A stretch of DNA of 64,000 nt from a bacterium (GTDB lineage: Bacteria; Ratteibacteria; UBA8468; B48-G9; DTJG01). This document shows positions 46,879 to 56,695 of the stretch, piece by piece. The notes below the pieces were generated by a model. It was not told where the DNA came from, made no database searches, and saw only the letters and a list, made by a program, of their open reading frames with translations. The position numbers were made by a program, and so were the translations under genes. The stretch lies in the NCBI GenBank assembly GCA_029552985.1, contig JAKPDB010000176.1, positions 64,798 to 128,797 on the forward strand. Direction: 5' to 3'. Position 1 is the first letter of the stretch. Every line of letters starts with the position of its first letter.

Positions 46879-47754
46879 ATGGAACATAAGCAATTTCGTG
46901 AAATTGGCGAAAATTTTTTGATTTTTCTGTCTGTCGAGAAAAATCTGTCGCACAATACGTTACAGGCATACAATCAGGACTTGAAAAATTTTTTTGAATT
47001 TTTGGCTGCTAATCGCATTTCTTATAAATACATCAAGGCAAAAAATCTCCTGGATTTCATAATTTTTTTGAAAAGAAAAAATTTTTCATCTACAACAATA
47101 GCAAGAAACATTTCTGCTATCAGGGGACTTTACAGATATCTGGCAAGCAAAGGAGACATTAGTCCTTCTGTCCTCAATCTGTTTGAAAGTCCGAAAATTG
47201 AAAGAAAAATACCGTCTGTAATCGGGAAACAGGATGTTGATAAAATTATTTCAACGAAAATTTCAAAAAGGGACGACGTACACAAAAGAAATTTGGCAAT
47301 TCTTGGATTGCTTGTCACCACCGGCTTACGTATTTCAGAACTTGCCGGATTAAAAAAAACAGACATTAATCTTAAAGAAAACTGGATACGGGTCACTGGA
47401 AAAGGGAAAAAAGAAAGAATTGTTTTCTTTCCTCAAGAAATTACTCCTTTTGTTGAACATTGTATGAATGGACCAGGACAATTTATATTCGGTACGAAAA
47501 CAGGAAAACCAATGAGTCGTCAGAATATCTGGAAAATTGTTCATAAAGCAGGTAAAACGGCAGGGCTCCAGATTAATTTGAAGCCCCACATGCTCAGACA
47601 TACATTTGCTACGCGACTACTGGAAGCAGGAATGGATATTAGAGTAATTCAGGAGTTACTTGGTCATAAAAGCATCAGCACCACAAAAATTTACACGCAG
47701 GTAACAACAACACAGTTGAAAACCGTACATAAAAAATTTCATCCACGAGCATAA
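46879..47754 (+). CDS. Tyrosine site-specific recombinase, XerC/XerD family
   Basis: 291 aa. N-terminal SAM-like domain. C-terminal catalytic residues in the context GLRISEL...HMLRHTFATRLLEAGMDIRVIQELLGHKSISTTKIYT. Confidence 0.85.
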   Translation: MEHKQFREIGENFLIFLSVEKNLSHNTLQAYNQDLKNFFEFLAANRISYKYIKAKNLLDFIIFLKRKNFSSTTIARNISAIRGLYRYLASKGDISPSVLNLFESPKIERKIPSVIGKQDVDKIISTKISKRDDVHKRNLAILGLLVTTGLRISELAGLKKTDINLKENWIRVTGKGKKERIVFFPQEITPFVEHCMNGPGQFIFGTKTGKPMSRQNIWKIVHKAGKTAGLQINLKPHMLRHTFATRLLEAGMDIRVIQELLGHKSISTTKIYTQVTTTQLKTVHKKFHPRA

Positions 47755-47824
47755 AATTGACATATGTCAAATATGATGTAATAATAAATTAAACACTTGA
47801 ACGTGATGCAAAAAAGGAGGATGA

Positions 47825-48061
47825 ATGGGCGCATTAATAGGAGGGATAATAGCGGTAATCGTGGGGCTGATAGGTATTGTAAAGTGGTGGACATTGTTTG
47901 TGAAAGGACTCCAGGCAGCAGTCCCATTTTTTATTTTGCTTGTAGGGATTATAGCGATCGCAGCAGGCATTAGTGATATTAAAGACAGAATAGAAGAAAA
48001 AAAGGAAAAAGAAAAAGCAAAGCAGGAAACAGAAAAACCACAGCAGGCCGAACAAAAGTAA
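47825..48061 (+). CDS. Small membrane protein (two hydrophobic helices, Lys/Glu-rich tail)
   Basis: 78 aa. RBS AAGGAGG 5 nt before the ATG. GALIGGIIAVIVGLIGIV and VPFFILLVGIIAIAAGI helices, then EEKKEKEKAKQETEK. No family recognised. Confidence 0.55.
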   Translation: MGALIGGIIAVIVGLIGIVKWWTLFVKGLQAAVPFFILLVGIIAIAAGISDIKDRIEEKKEKEKAKQETEKPQQAEQK

Positions 48062-48080
48062 ACAAATTCAAAAACAGATA

Positions 48081-48116
48081 AGGAGCCGGTTCAAATTGCC
48101 GGCTCCTATTTTTTTT
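48081..48116. terminator. Bidirectional intrinsic terminator between the small membrane protein gene and leuS
   Basis: 9-bp stem AGGAGCCGG (48081-48089) / CCGGCTCCT (48099-48107). It is followed by T8 on the + strand and preceded by an A-rich run (T-rich on the - strand). The 3' arm overlaps the leuS stop codon. Confidence 0.75.
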
Positions 48117-50571
48117 CTGTTTCAGTCACGAAATTAACAATTTTTCCGGGGATATATATTTTTTTGATAATCTTTTTACCGTTTAAGAATTTTGAAATAC
48201 TTTGATTTTTCAGCACCGAGTCGAAAACTTTTTCAGCGGTTGCGAGATTATCAATTGAAATTGTTCCACGAAACCTGCCATCTACCTGTACTGGAATCGT
48301 GATGATTTCATCGGAAATGATGGCACTATCAAATTCAGGCCACTTAGCATTAAAAACTGTATCAGGATATCCCAGAACTTCCCGCCATAGTTCTTCGCTA
48401 AAATGAGGCACAAAAGGAGAAAGAAGCACAACAAATTTTGCAATATCTTGTTTTGAATAACAGGCAGTTTCAGGTAAATCCTTTATAAATTCCATAAAGG
48501 CACTGATAGCTGTATTAAGCTTGAAATCTTCTATTCTTTCACTAACCATTTTGATAAGAATGTGCAACTGTTTTTTTGAAATATCGTCAGTAGCACGGTT
48601 TTTCTCCACCTGCAAAACCACAAAATCCCATGCCCTTTTCAAGAATCTATAACAACCCTCTATTCCAGCATCATTCCATTCAGAATCCAGTTCAGGCGGA
48701 CCAATGAATAGTTCGTATAGCCTCACAGTATCAGTACCATATTTCTTAACAAGTGGGTCAGGATTGACAACATTTCCTTTAGATTTTGACATCTTCTCAA
48801 GTTTCCCTGTTTTCTCGCTAAATTTTGTTACCATTCCCTGATTGAAAAGTTTCAAAAATGGTTCATCAAATCCGATCGCACCGATATCAAAAAGAAACTT
48901 TGTAAAAAATCTCGCATAAAGCAAATGAAGAATCGCATGTTCAACCCCACCAATATAACAATCAACTGGCAACCATCTGTCAACAATAGTGCGGTCAAAA
49001 GGCGCCGTATTAAGATGAGGGTTTGGATATCTCAAAAAATACCATGAAGAACCAGCCCATTGAGGCATTGTATCTGTTTCTCGTTCAGCATGACCTGCAC
49101 ACTTCGGGCACACAGTATGAACGAATTTATCAATCGCTGCAAGAGGTGACTTACCGGTTCCTGTTGGTTTATATGATTCAACATCAGGAAGAACAACAGG
49201 CAAATCCTTTTCGTCCACAGGTACTGTACCACATTTATCACAGTATACTATTGGTATCGGTTCTCCCCAGTATCTCTGACGAGAAAACACCCAGTCCCTT
49301 AACTTATAGGTAATCTTGAAAGACCCATAGCCCTTTTCTTCAAGCCACCTGGTAATTGCATGTTTCGCTTCATCTGAATTCATTCCAGTAAATTGTCCGG
49401 AGTTAATGAGAACTCCAGAACCCTCATAAGCAGTAGCAAGGGAACCGTCGGCATTTCTTTTAGCCATTTCGCTATGAATCACTTCTATTACTGGCAATCC
49501 AAATTTCTTAGCAAATTCAAAATCTCTCTGGTCGTGAGCTGGCACTGACATAATTGCCCCAGAACCATAATGGGCAAGCACATAGTCAGCCACCCATACA
49601 GGAACTTTTTTACCGTTTACCGGATTAATAGCATAGCAGCCAGTAAAAACCCCTGTTTTTTCACAAGCCATCTGGGTTCTTTCAAGTTCTGACTTCGTTG
49701 TTGCTTCTTCAACGTATTTTTTAACCTCAGACATTTTTTCCGACGAAGTAATCTCAAACGTCAATGGATGTTCTGGTGCAAGCACGACATACGTAGCGCC
49801 AAAAAGAGTATCAGGTCTTGTAGTGAAAACTTCAAGCTTGATATTTTTGTTTTTTTTGTCATCGATGACAAATAAAATACTCGCTCCTTCGCTCTTGCCA
49901 ATCCAGTTTCTTTGCATGGTCTTGACCTTCTCTGGCCAATCAAGGCGGTCAAGGTCAGTAAGCAGTCTCTCTGCGTATGCAGTAATTTTAAGCATCCATT
50001 GCATTAACCTTTTTCGGGTTACTGGGCTTCCACATCTTTCACAAGAACCACTGATCACTTCTTCATTTGCCAGACCCGTCTTGCAATTGGGGCACCAGTT
50101 GATTGGCATCTCTGCCCTGTATGCAAGACCCCTGTGATACATCTGAAGAAAAATCCACTGTGTCCACCGATAATACTCAGGGTCACTGGTATTGATTTCC
50201 TTGGTCCAGTCATACATTGCACCAATTTCCTTTAACTGCCTGCGTATATTATCTATATTATTCTTTGTACTTATCCTGGGATGTATGCCCTTTTTTATTG
50301 CATCATTTTCTGCAGGCAGCCCAAATGAATCCCAACCCATTGGGTGGAGAACATGATATCCCTGAAGTCTCTTGTATCGCGCCCATACATCAGAAAGAAC
50401 ATAGCCTCTCCAGTGACCAACGTGCAACCCTGACCCAGAAGGATATGGAAACATATCAAGGCAATAGTATTTCTTTACAGCGGTATTGTTCACGTCAGTA
50501 TAATTGACCTTTGTCTCTTCCCATATCCTTCGCCATTTCTCCTCTATTGAGGATGGATCGTATTTCCTCAT
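48106..50571 (-). CDS. leuS: Leucyl-tRNA synthetase
   Basis: 821 aa. HIGH-type motif [12 protein letters not shown]1 editing domain, KMSKS ([10 protein letters not shown]). Confidence 0.97.
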   Translation of the reverse strand: MRKYDPSSIEEKWRRIWEETKVNYTDVNNTAVKKYYCLDMFPYPSGSGLHVGHWRGYVLSDVWARYKRLQGYHVLHPMGWDSFGLPAENDAIKKGIHPRISTKNNIDNIRRQLKEIGAMYDWTKEINTSDPEYYRWTQWIFLQMYHRGLAYRAEMPINWCPNCKTGLANEEVISGSCERCGSPVTRKRLMQWMLKITAYAERLLTDLDRLDWPEKVKTMQRNWIGKSEGASILFVIDDKKNKNIKLEVFTTRPDTLFGATYVVLAPEHPLTFEITSSEKMSEVKKYVEEATTKSELERTQMACEKTGVFTGCYAINPVNGKKVPVWVADYVLAHYGSGAIMSVPAHDQRDFEFAKKFGLPVIEVIHSEMAKRNADGSLATAYEGSGVLINSGQFTGMNSDEAKHAITRWLEEKGYGSFKITYKLRDWVFSRQRYWGEPIPIVYCDKCGTVPVDEKDLPVVLPDVESYKPTGTGKSPLAAIDKFVHTVCPKCAGHAERETDTMPQWAGSSWYFLRYPNPHLNTAPFDRTIVDRWLPVDCYIGGVEHAILHLLYARFFTKFLFDIGAIGFDEPFLKLFNQGMVTKFSEKTGKLEKMSKSKGNVVNPDPLVKKYGTDTVRLYELFIGPPELDSEWNDAGIEGCYRFLKRAWDFVVLQVEKNRATDDISKKQLHILIKMVSERIEDFKLNTAISAFMEFIKDLPETACYSKQDIAKFVVLLSPFVPHFSEELWREVLGYPDTVFNAKWPEFDSAIISDEIITIPVQVDGRFRGTISIDNLATAEKVFDSVLKNQSISKFLNGKKIIKKIYIPGKIVNFVTETEKK

Positions 50572-50824
50572 ATCACTCCCGGCAAAATAAGCTTAGAAAC
50601 TGCATAATATTAAAATATACATCAAGATTTAATATTTTTCAATTTATGTTAAAATTGTACTGTCTACTTCAAGATTTATTTTGATAAAATATACCAAGAA
50701 AAATTTAAATGGTAATATCAAAAGAGCATAGTCTCTTGTCTGACATGAAAAGGGGCAATCAGTTTTCTTAATCAACCAATATCTTTCAAAATTTTTGACA
50801 GACAAAAAATGCGAGGGAGGAAAA

Positions 50825-51886
50825 ATGAAAAAATTAAAAATAGGTATTATAGGAGCAGGAGGTATTTCTCATGCCCATATTGAAGCATTCCGGCAGTTAC
50901 CCGATGTTGAAGTTGCAGCAATCAGTGACCCAAATGAAATGAAACTTTCATTCGTAGCGGAAAAATATGGAATTCTAAAAAGATTTACTAACTGGGAAGA
51001 TCTGCTCAAAGAACAAATTGATATTGTTAGTATATGTTCCCCAAATGCATTTCACGCTCAGCAGGCAATTTCAGCATTGAAAGCACAAAAACACGTAATT
51101 TGTGAAAAACCAGTAGCAATGAGCGTTGAAGAGGCACAAAATATTCTGGAAACAGCAAAACAAACTGGTAATAAATTCATGGTGGCATTCTGTCATAGAT
51201 TCGCACCTCACAGCCAGTTTATCAAAAAAATGGTCGATACAGGACACATGGGTGAGGTATACTATGCAAAAGCGTCATGTTTAAGAAGAAGAGGTATTCC
51301 AGGACTTGGTACCTGGTTTACCACGAAAAAACTCGCTGGAGGCGGACCTTTAATTGATATAGGTGTTCATATTCTTGACCTCGCGATATATTTTATGGGA
51401 TGCCCTGAACCAAAACTGATTGTTGGAGTCACATACAATAAATTTAAAAATCAGGCAGTAGATGGAGGATGGCCACCTGTATGGAGTAGAGTAGGCGATA
51501 AACCAACCGGCACATTTGATGTTGAAGACCTTGCTGCAGGATTTATCAGATTTAAAAACAATACAACTTTGTTTCTCGAAGCAAGCTGGGCTGGAAATTC
51601 AGAAACAGGTCTGAAAATTTCTCTCTTTGGAACAAAATCAGGTGTACAGTACTGGACAGAAGCAAAACCTCCATTGAAAATTTTTAGTGAAATTAATGGA
51701 GTTGTAACAGATGCAACAGCTGAATTTCCTTCAGTCAATGTTTATCAGGCTGAAATTGAACACTTTGTTAATTGCGTGAGAAATAACACCCAGCCAATCA
51801 CTACGCCTGAAGAAATTATTACTGTGATAAAAATCATTCAGAATATTTATAAATCCGCAGAGACAGGTAAACCAGTAGAGTTTTGA
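50825..51886 (+). CDS. Gfo/Idh/MocA-family oxidoreductase
   Basis: Rossmann KIGIIGAGGISHAH and ICEKPVA motifs. ATG 50825 with GAGGGAGG upstream is preferred to the TTG at 50795. Confidence 0.85.
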   Translation: MKKLKIGIIGAGGISHAHIEAFRQLPDVEVAAISDPNEMKLSFVAEKYGILKRFTNWEDLLKEQIDIVSICSPNAFHAQQAISALKAQKHVICEKPVAMSVEEAQNILETAKQTGNKFMVAFCHRFAPHSQFIKKMVDTGHMGEVYYAKASCLRRRGIPGLGTWFTTKKLAGGGPLIDIGVHILDLAIYFMGCPEPKLIVGVTYNKFKNQAVDGGWPPVWSRVGDKPTGTFDVEDLAAGFIRFKNNTTLFLEASWAGNSETGLKISLFGTKSGVQYWTEAKPPLKIFSEINGVVTDATAEFPSVNVYQAEIEHFVNCVRNNTQPITTPEEIITVIKIIQNIYKSAETGKPVEF

Positions 51887-52413
51887 TGGGAAAGGGACTT
51901 GTGATTGTTTTTTCTGGAGATGGGAAGGGGAAAACGTCTGCTGCTATAGGATGTGCAATAAGAATGTTGGGATGGGGGAAAAAGGTTGTGTATTGTACCT
52001 TTTTTAAGAAAAACTCAGGAGAATTTAAAATACTGAAATCTATCGAAGGATGTAAATTTCTTATGTTCTGCCGGGAATATCCTGTTTACCCATCGCTATC
52101 GAGAAAAAAACAATTTCACACCCTTTTTACGAACGAATGGAATAAGTTTCTAAAAATGTTTCAAAATGTAAAGGAATGTGATCTGGTTGTGCTGGATGAA
52201 ATTCTTATCGCACTAAGAGACAGAATATTAGCAGATCGAGATATTATTTCTTTCATTGAATCAGCAACAGAACGCATGCCAGAACTTAATATCATCCTTA
52301 CAGGACGAGGTACCACTAAATTAATCAATAAAAGGGCAAGCGTTGTTACAAAAATGCGGTGTGTAAAACACCCATATCCATGTATTCCTGCACAAAAAGG
52401 GATTGACTACTGA
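51883..52413 (+). CDS. cobO: Cob(I)yrinic acid a,c-diamide / cob(I)alamin adenosyltransferase (CobA/CobO/BtuR type)
   Basis: 176 aa. P-loop GLVIVFSGDGKGKTSAAIG, LVVLDEI, ILTGR. ATGA overlap with the upstream oxidoreductase. Confidence 0.75.
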   Translation: MMGKGLVIVFSGDGKGKTSAAIGCAIRMLGWGKKVVYCTFFKKNSGEFKILKSIEGCKFLMFCREYPVYPSLSRKKQFHTLFTNEWNKFLKMFQNVKECDLVVLDEILIALRDRILADRDIISFIESATERMPELNIILTGRGTTKLINKRASVVTKMRCVKHPYPCIPAQKGIDY

Positions 52414-52475
52414 TATGAAACAGATTGGAAACCGACAGAATGTTTTCTTTTTGAAGTTTAAAGGGAGGAAAAAAT

Positions 52476-52979
52476 ATGGTGAACAACAACGAACTCCTAA
52501 GGGTTATAAAAAGCAGGAGAAGCGTCAGGAATTTCATACAAAAAGAGATTCCTGAAAATATTGTCAAAGATATCGTTGACTGTGGCAGGCTTGCACCCAC
52601 TGCGAGAAACTTACAACCCTGGACATTTGTCGTCATAAGAAAAAAAGAAACACTTGCTGAACTGGCAGACATTACCGACTATGGCAAGTTTCTTGCGGAT
52701 GCTTCCTGTTGCATTCTTGTCTTCTGCCAGGATACAAAATATTATCTTGAGGATGGTTGTGCGGCAACAGAAAATATCCTTATTGCGGCGCAAGCCCATG
52801 GGATTGGTGGCTGCTGGATAGCAGGTGATAAAAAGCCGTATGCATCAAGAATTGCTAAAATGGTAAAAGCACCTGATGGAGTGAAACTTGTATCAATTAT
52901 TGCTATGGGATATCCTGCTGAAATACCAAACCCTCCAAAAAAATCCCTGGAAGACGTTATTAAGTGGGAACACTGGTAA
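52476..52979 (+). CDS. Nitroreductase-family protein
   Basis: 167 aa. RRSVRNF, APTARNLQPW, GIGGCW. Confidence 0.85.
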   Translation: MVNNNELLRVIKSRRSVRNFIQKEIPENIVKDIVDCGRLAPTARNLQPWTFVVIRKKETLAELADITDYGKFLADASCCILVFCQDTKYYLEDGCAATENILIAAQAHGIGGCWIAGDKKPYASRIAKMVKAPDGVKLVSIIAMGYPAEIPNPPKKSLEDVIKWEHW

Positions 52980-52980
52980 G

Positions 52981-53009
52981 TTGACGAACATAGTGTTTTT
53001 AATTACAAT
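52981..53009 (+). promoter_or_regulatory. Putative sigma70-type promoter of the aminopeptidase gene
   Basis: TTGACG (52981-52986), 17-nt spacer, TACAAT (53004-53009). Confidence 0.5.
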
Positions 53010-53056
53010 ACAGGAAAGACAATATCTGATATTCGCATTTCAATACTGGAGGAGGC

Positions 53057-54427
53057 ATGTTAAAAACAAATGCATGGAAATCCTGGAAAGAGGAGGAAAT
53101 AGACAAAGTGCTTCAGTTCGCAGAAGACTACAGGTTGTTTATATCAATAAATAAGACCGAACGAAAATTTGTGGACGCAGTGGTGGAGTTAGCAAGAAAA
53201 ACAGGTTTCAGCGACATTTCAACAAAAAAAGGAACACTGGTACCAGGGGATAAAATTTATAAAATCAACAAGGGCAAGCAAATCATATTAGGTACCATTG
53301 GGAAACAACCTATGGACCAGGGCGCAAGGTTTATTGTGGCACACATAGACGCGCCAAGATTGGACCTTAAGCCAAGCCCTGTATATGAAGATGAGGGTAT
53401 GGGATATTTCAAAACATGTTATTATGGTGGAATAAAAAAGTATCAGTGGCTAACAATACCGTTGGCGCTTTATGGGATAGCGGTTTTAAAAACGGGAGAA
53501 ATCAAAAAAATTGAAATAGGAGACAATGAGAATGACCCGGTTTTCACCATCACAGACCTTTTACCACACCTTGCAAAAGACCAGGTGAAAAAAACGATAG
53601 AAGAGGGATTCCCTGGAGAAAATCTCAATATTCTTGCTGCTACAATTCCAGAGAGAGAAGAAGAAAAGGAACCTGTAAAAAGAAATATTTTTTCTATCTT
53701 GAACAAGAAATACGGAATTACTGAAGAAGACATTATAAGCAGTGAGTTTGAAATAGTGCCGGCTGGGCCAGCAAAGGACCTTGGTATTGATAGAAGCATG
53801 ATTCTGGGATATGGACAGGACGACAGAGTTTGTGCATACACAAGTTTCAGAGCCCTTATAGAAAATAACAACCCGGAAAAAAGCATTTTCTGTATACTTG
53901 TTGACCAGGAAGAAATAGGTAGTTACGGAACTACATCAGCTCAATCCACATTCTTTCAGTTTTTTCTTGAAGAAATTACAGAGAAAACAGGATGCAAGCA
54001 ACCCCTGAGATATATTTATGAAAACTCGAAAGCAATATCTGCAGATGTATCTTCCTTGCTTGATCCTGGATATAAAGAAGCGTATGACCCAAAAAACTCA
54101 GCTAGAATCGGACATGGAGTTTGTGTAGAAAGAACTACTGGTGGCAGAGGCAAATCAGGAAGTACTGAACCTGCTGCCGAATATATCGCGTGGATAAGAA
54201 AAATTTTTGATGAAAATCAGGTACACTGGCAACCATCAGAAATTGGAAAAGTAGAGCAGGGTGGAGGTGGAACAGTTGCAACGTTTTTTGCCCGACTTAA
54301 CATCCCAACGATTGATTGTGGAACTGGAGTAATATCCATGCACGCACCATTTGAGGTCACAAGTAAAGCCGACATATATTCGACATATATGGCTTACAAA
54401 ACTTTTTACACCGCAGGCGAAAAATGA
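53057..54427 (+). CDS. M18-family aminopeptidase
   Basis: 456 aa. AHIDAPRLDLKP, GYGQDDRVCAY, DQEEIGS, ISMHAP. This is the metal-ligand pattern recalled for M18/M42 aminopeptidases. Confidence 0.75.
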   Translation: MLKTNAWKSWKEEEIDKVLQFAEDYRLFISINKTERKFVDAVVELARKTGFSDISTKKGTLVPGDKIYKINKGKQIILGTIGKQPMDQGARFIVAHIDAPRLDLKPSPVYEDEGMGYFKTCYYGGIKKYQWLTIPLALYGIAVLKTGEIKKIEIGDNENDPVFTITDLLPHLAKDQVKKTIEEGFPGENLNILAATIPEREEEKEPVKRNIFSILNKKYGITEEDIISSEFEIVPAGPAKDLGIDRSMILGYGQDDRVCAYTSFRALIENNNPEKSIFCILVDQEEIGSYGTTSAQSTFFQFFLEEITEKTGCKQPLRYIYENSKAISADVSSLLDPGYKEAYDPKNSARIGHGVCVERTTGGRGKSGSTEPAAEYIAWIRKIFDENQVHWQPSEIGKVEQGGGGTVATFFARLNIPTIDCGTGVISMHAPFEVTSKADIYSTYMAYKTFYTAGEK

Positions 54428-54816
54428 TTAAGATACAGGTCAGAACAGCAAAACGTAAGGAAATGATTGATATTACACAAATAATTTCCGACGTGGTAAA
54501 GAAAAATTCAGTTAACAGCGGTATATGTATGGTTTTCGTCCCGCATACAACCTGCGGTCTCACAATTAATGAAAACGCAGATCCATCAGTACAAGCAGAC
54601 ATTCTATCAAGCACGAAACGATTGGTTCCAGAAAATGCCACATACAGTCATCTGGAAGGGAATTCTGACGCCCATATACAATCCACACTAGTCGGGCATT
54701 CAATCTTACTTATCATTGAAAAAGGAACTATACAGCTCGGGACATGGCAGGGTGTGTTTTTATGCGAATTTGACGGTCCGCGAACAAGAGAAGTATGGAT
54801 ACAGATTCTGAAATGA
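54424..54816 (+). CDS. YjbQ/UPF0047 family (secondary thiamine-phosphate synthase-type) protein
   Basis: 130 aa. VFVPHTTCGLTINENADPSV and GTWQGVFLCEFDGPR motifs. Confidence 0.8.
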   Translation: MIKIQVRTAKRKEMIDITQIISDVVKKNSVNSGICMVFVPHTTCGLTINENADPSVQADILSSTKRLVPENATYSHLEGNSDAHIQSTLVGHSILLIIEKGTIQLGTWQGVFLCEFDGPRTREVWIQILK

Positions 54817-54831
54817 TTAACTTAATAAGTT

Positions 54832-55689
54832 ATGAAGTTAATAAACTATGACCTTAGTAATATGGAAAAAAATTGTTTTTTTATATCCGACAAAATTATT
54901 GAAATATCATATACCAGACAGAAACCTTTCAACACAGGGAAAACTGTAAAAGGCCAGGCGTTTGCCATTACCCACAACTCAAAAAGCAAGAAATCACCGG
55001 ATGCAATAATAATCTTGCCAGGGTTTAAAAAAGAAAAAATGTTCAAAATGGCATTAAAGAGAATTTTTTATCATCAAACGAAGCAACCTTACAAAGCCAC
55101 ATTTTTTATACCTGGTAACGAAGAAAAAAAATCTACTTCAACAAATGCTGGTTGTGTCATTATTGAGGAAGTGATTTGTGAATTTTTGAAAAACACACCA
55201 ACAAAGGAATTCAAGCTAGTATTTACTGACAAACACGATATGGACATATGTCTTAAAATTGCAGGACCATTGCTAACCAATCTTGCTTCAAAAACATTCA
55301 AAAATCCATATCCTGCTGCAGATGTCATCATCAGCAAAGAGAAAGGGGTGGTGTTGGTATACAGAAAAAACCCACCACAAGGATGGGCAATACCTGGTGG
55401 ATTTATCAATTGCGGAGAAAGTGCCGAGGAGGCCGCAATCCGCGAAGCAAAAGAAGAAACAGGCCTTGACATAGATCATCTCACACTATTTGGCGTGTTT
55501 TCAGACCCTGACAGGGACCCAAGATTTCATACAATATCGATTGTCTATACAGGTCAGGGAAAAGGCACACTCAAATCAGGCGATGACGCATCAAAGGTTG
55601 CAATTTTCTCAAAGAGCAATCTGCCACAAAATATTGCATTTGATCACAGGAAAATTTTAAAACAATATTTCCAAAAAGGGAGAGTATGA
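54832..55689 (+). CDS. NUDIX hydrolase with ~150-aa N-terminal domain of unknown function
   Basis: Perfect Nudix box GGFINCGESAEEAAIREAKEETGL in the C-terminal half. The N-terminal half matches nothing I recognise. Confidence 0.8.
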   Translation: MKLINYDLSNMEKNCFFISDKIIEISYTRQKPFNTGKTVKGQAFAITHNSKSKKSPDAIIILPGFKKEKMFKMALKRIFYHQTKQPYKATFFIPGNEEKKSTSTNAGCVIIEEVICEFLKNTPTKEFKLVFTDKHDMDICLKIAGPLLTNLASKTFKNPYPAADVIISKEKGVVLVYRKNPPQGWAIPGGFINCGESAEEAAIREAKEETGLDIDHLTLFGVFSDPDRDPRFHTISIVYTGQGKGTLKSGDDASKVAIFSKSNLPQNIAFDHRKILKQYFQKGRV

Positions 55690-55693
55690 AATT

Positions 55694-56695
55694 ATGAACT
55701 TAAAAACTTCATATAAAGGAAGGGTTTTAAGCGGAATGAGACCAACCGGACCGCTTCACATCGGACATCTTTTTGGTGCGTTATCTAACTGGAAAAAGCT
55801 TCAGGATGAAGGATATCAATGTTTTTACATGATTGCGGACTGGCACGCCTTAAGCACAGAATATCAAAATCCATCAGAAATAAAAAATTATATTCTTGAA
55901 ATCGCTCTTGATTTTCTATCATGCGGACTTGACCATGAAAAATCTGTAATATTTATACAGTCAAAGGTAAAGGAACATGCCGAATTAAACCTTGTTTTAT
56001 CAATGATTGTGCCTGTCAGCTGGCTTGAAAGAAATCCAGTTTATAAAGAACAGGTTCAGGAACTGAAGGAAAAAGACCTGACCACACATGGTTTCCTTGG
56101 TTATCCGGTTCTTCAGGCAGCTGATATTCTTGTTTACCGTGCTGAATACGTGCCCATTGGGGTGGATCAATTGCCACATCTGGAACTAACGAGAGAAATC
56201 GTACGCAGATTCAACTATTTCTATGGAAATTATTTCCCAGAACCCAAGGAAATACTGGGCCAGACCCCAAAAATTCCTGGAATAGATGGCAGGAAAATGA
56301 GTAAATCGTATGGAAATGCGATTTTTTTAAAAGACTCGGATGATGAAATTTTATCAAAGGTTTCAAAAATGTTTACTGACCAAAAAAGATTGTATAGAAA
56401 AGACCCGGGGCACCCGGATGAGTGCGCAGTATTTGCATATAGAAAACTGGTGTCAGAAAATTATATGGAAATTAAGCAAAAGTGCCTTAATGCAGAAATA
56501 GGATGCGTGGAATGTAAGAAGCAAATGGGACAGGATTTAATTGAATACTTGAGACCTTTGAAAGAAAAAAGAAAGACACTTTCTGAAAGTCCTGAAAAGG
56601 TATGGGGATTTTTGCTAAATGGCTCAGAAAAAGCCAGTTCAGTGGCAAAACAAACAATGAAAGATGTAAAAAAACTTATCGGTCTGGAGTTTTGA
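55694..56695 (+). CDS. trpS: Tryptophanyl-tRNA synthetase
   Basis: 333 aa. HIGH-type PTGPLHIGHL and KMSKS (GRKMSKSYGN). Confidence 0.95.
   Translation: MNLKTSYKGRVLSGMRPTGPLHIGHLFGALSNWKKLQDEGYQCFYMIADWHALSTEYQNPSEIKNYILEIALDFLSCGLDHEKSVIFIQSKVKEHAELNLVLSMIVPVSWLERNPVYKEQVQELKEKDLTTHGFLGYPVLQAADILVYRAEYVPIGVDQLPHLELTREIVRRFNYFYGNYFPEPKEILGQTPKIPGIDGRKMSKSYGNAIFLKDSDDEILSKVSKMFTDQKRLYRKDPGHPDECAVFAYRKLVSENYMEIKQKCLNAEIGCVECKKQMGQDLIEYLRPLKEKRKTLSESPEKVWGFLLNGSEKASSVAKQTMKDVKKLIGLEF

Noticed and set aside
46879-47754. Tyrosine recombinase as a marker of a genomic island or phage
   Set aside because: It is the size and motif set of XerC/XerD. It sits in a run of housekeeping genes (ligA, an MBL hydrolase) with no att-like repeats, phage genes or compositional shift.
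56602-56694. N-terminal extension of hisC overlapping the end of trpS (the track ORF starts at 56602)
   Set aside because: The extension overlaps 94 nt of trpS in another frame. The conserved aminotransferase sequence begins after Met at 56695, whose ATG overlaps the trpS TGA in a typical coupling arrangement.
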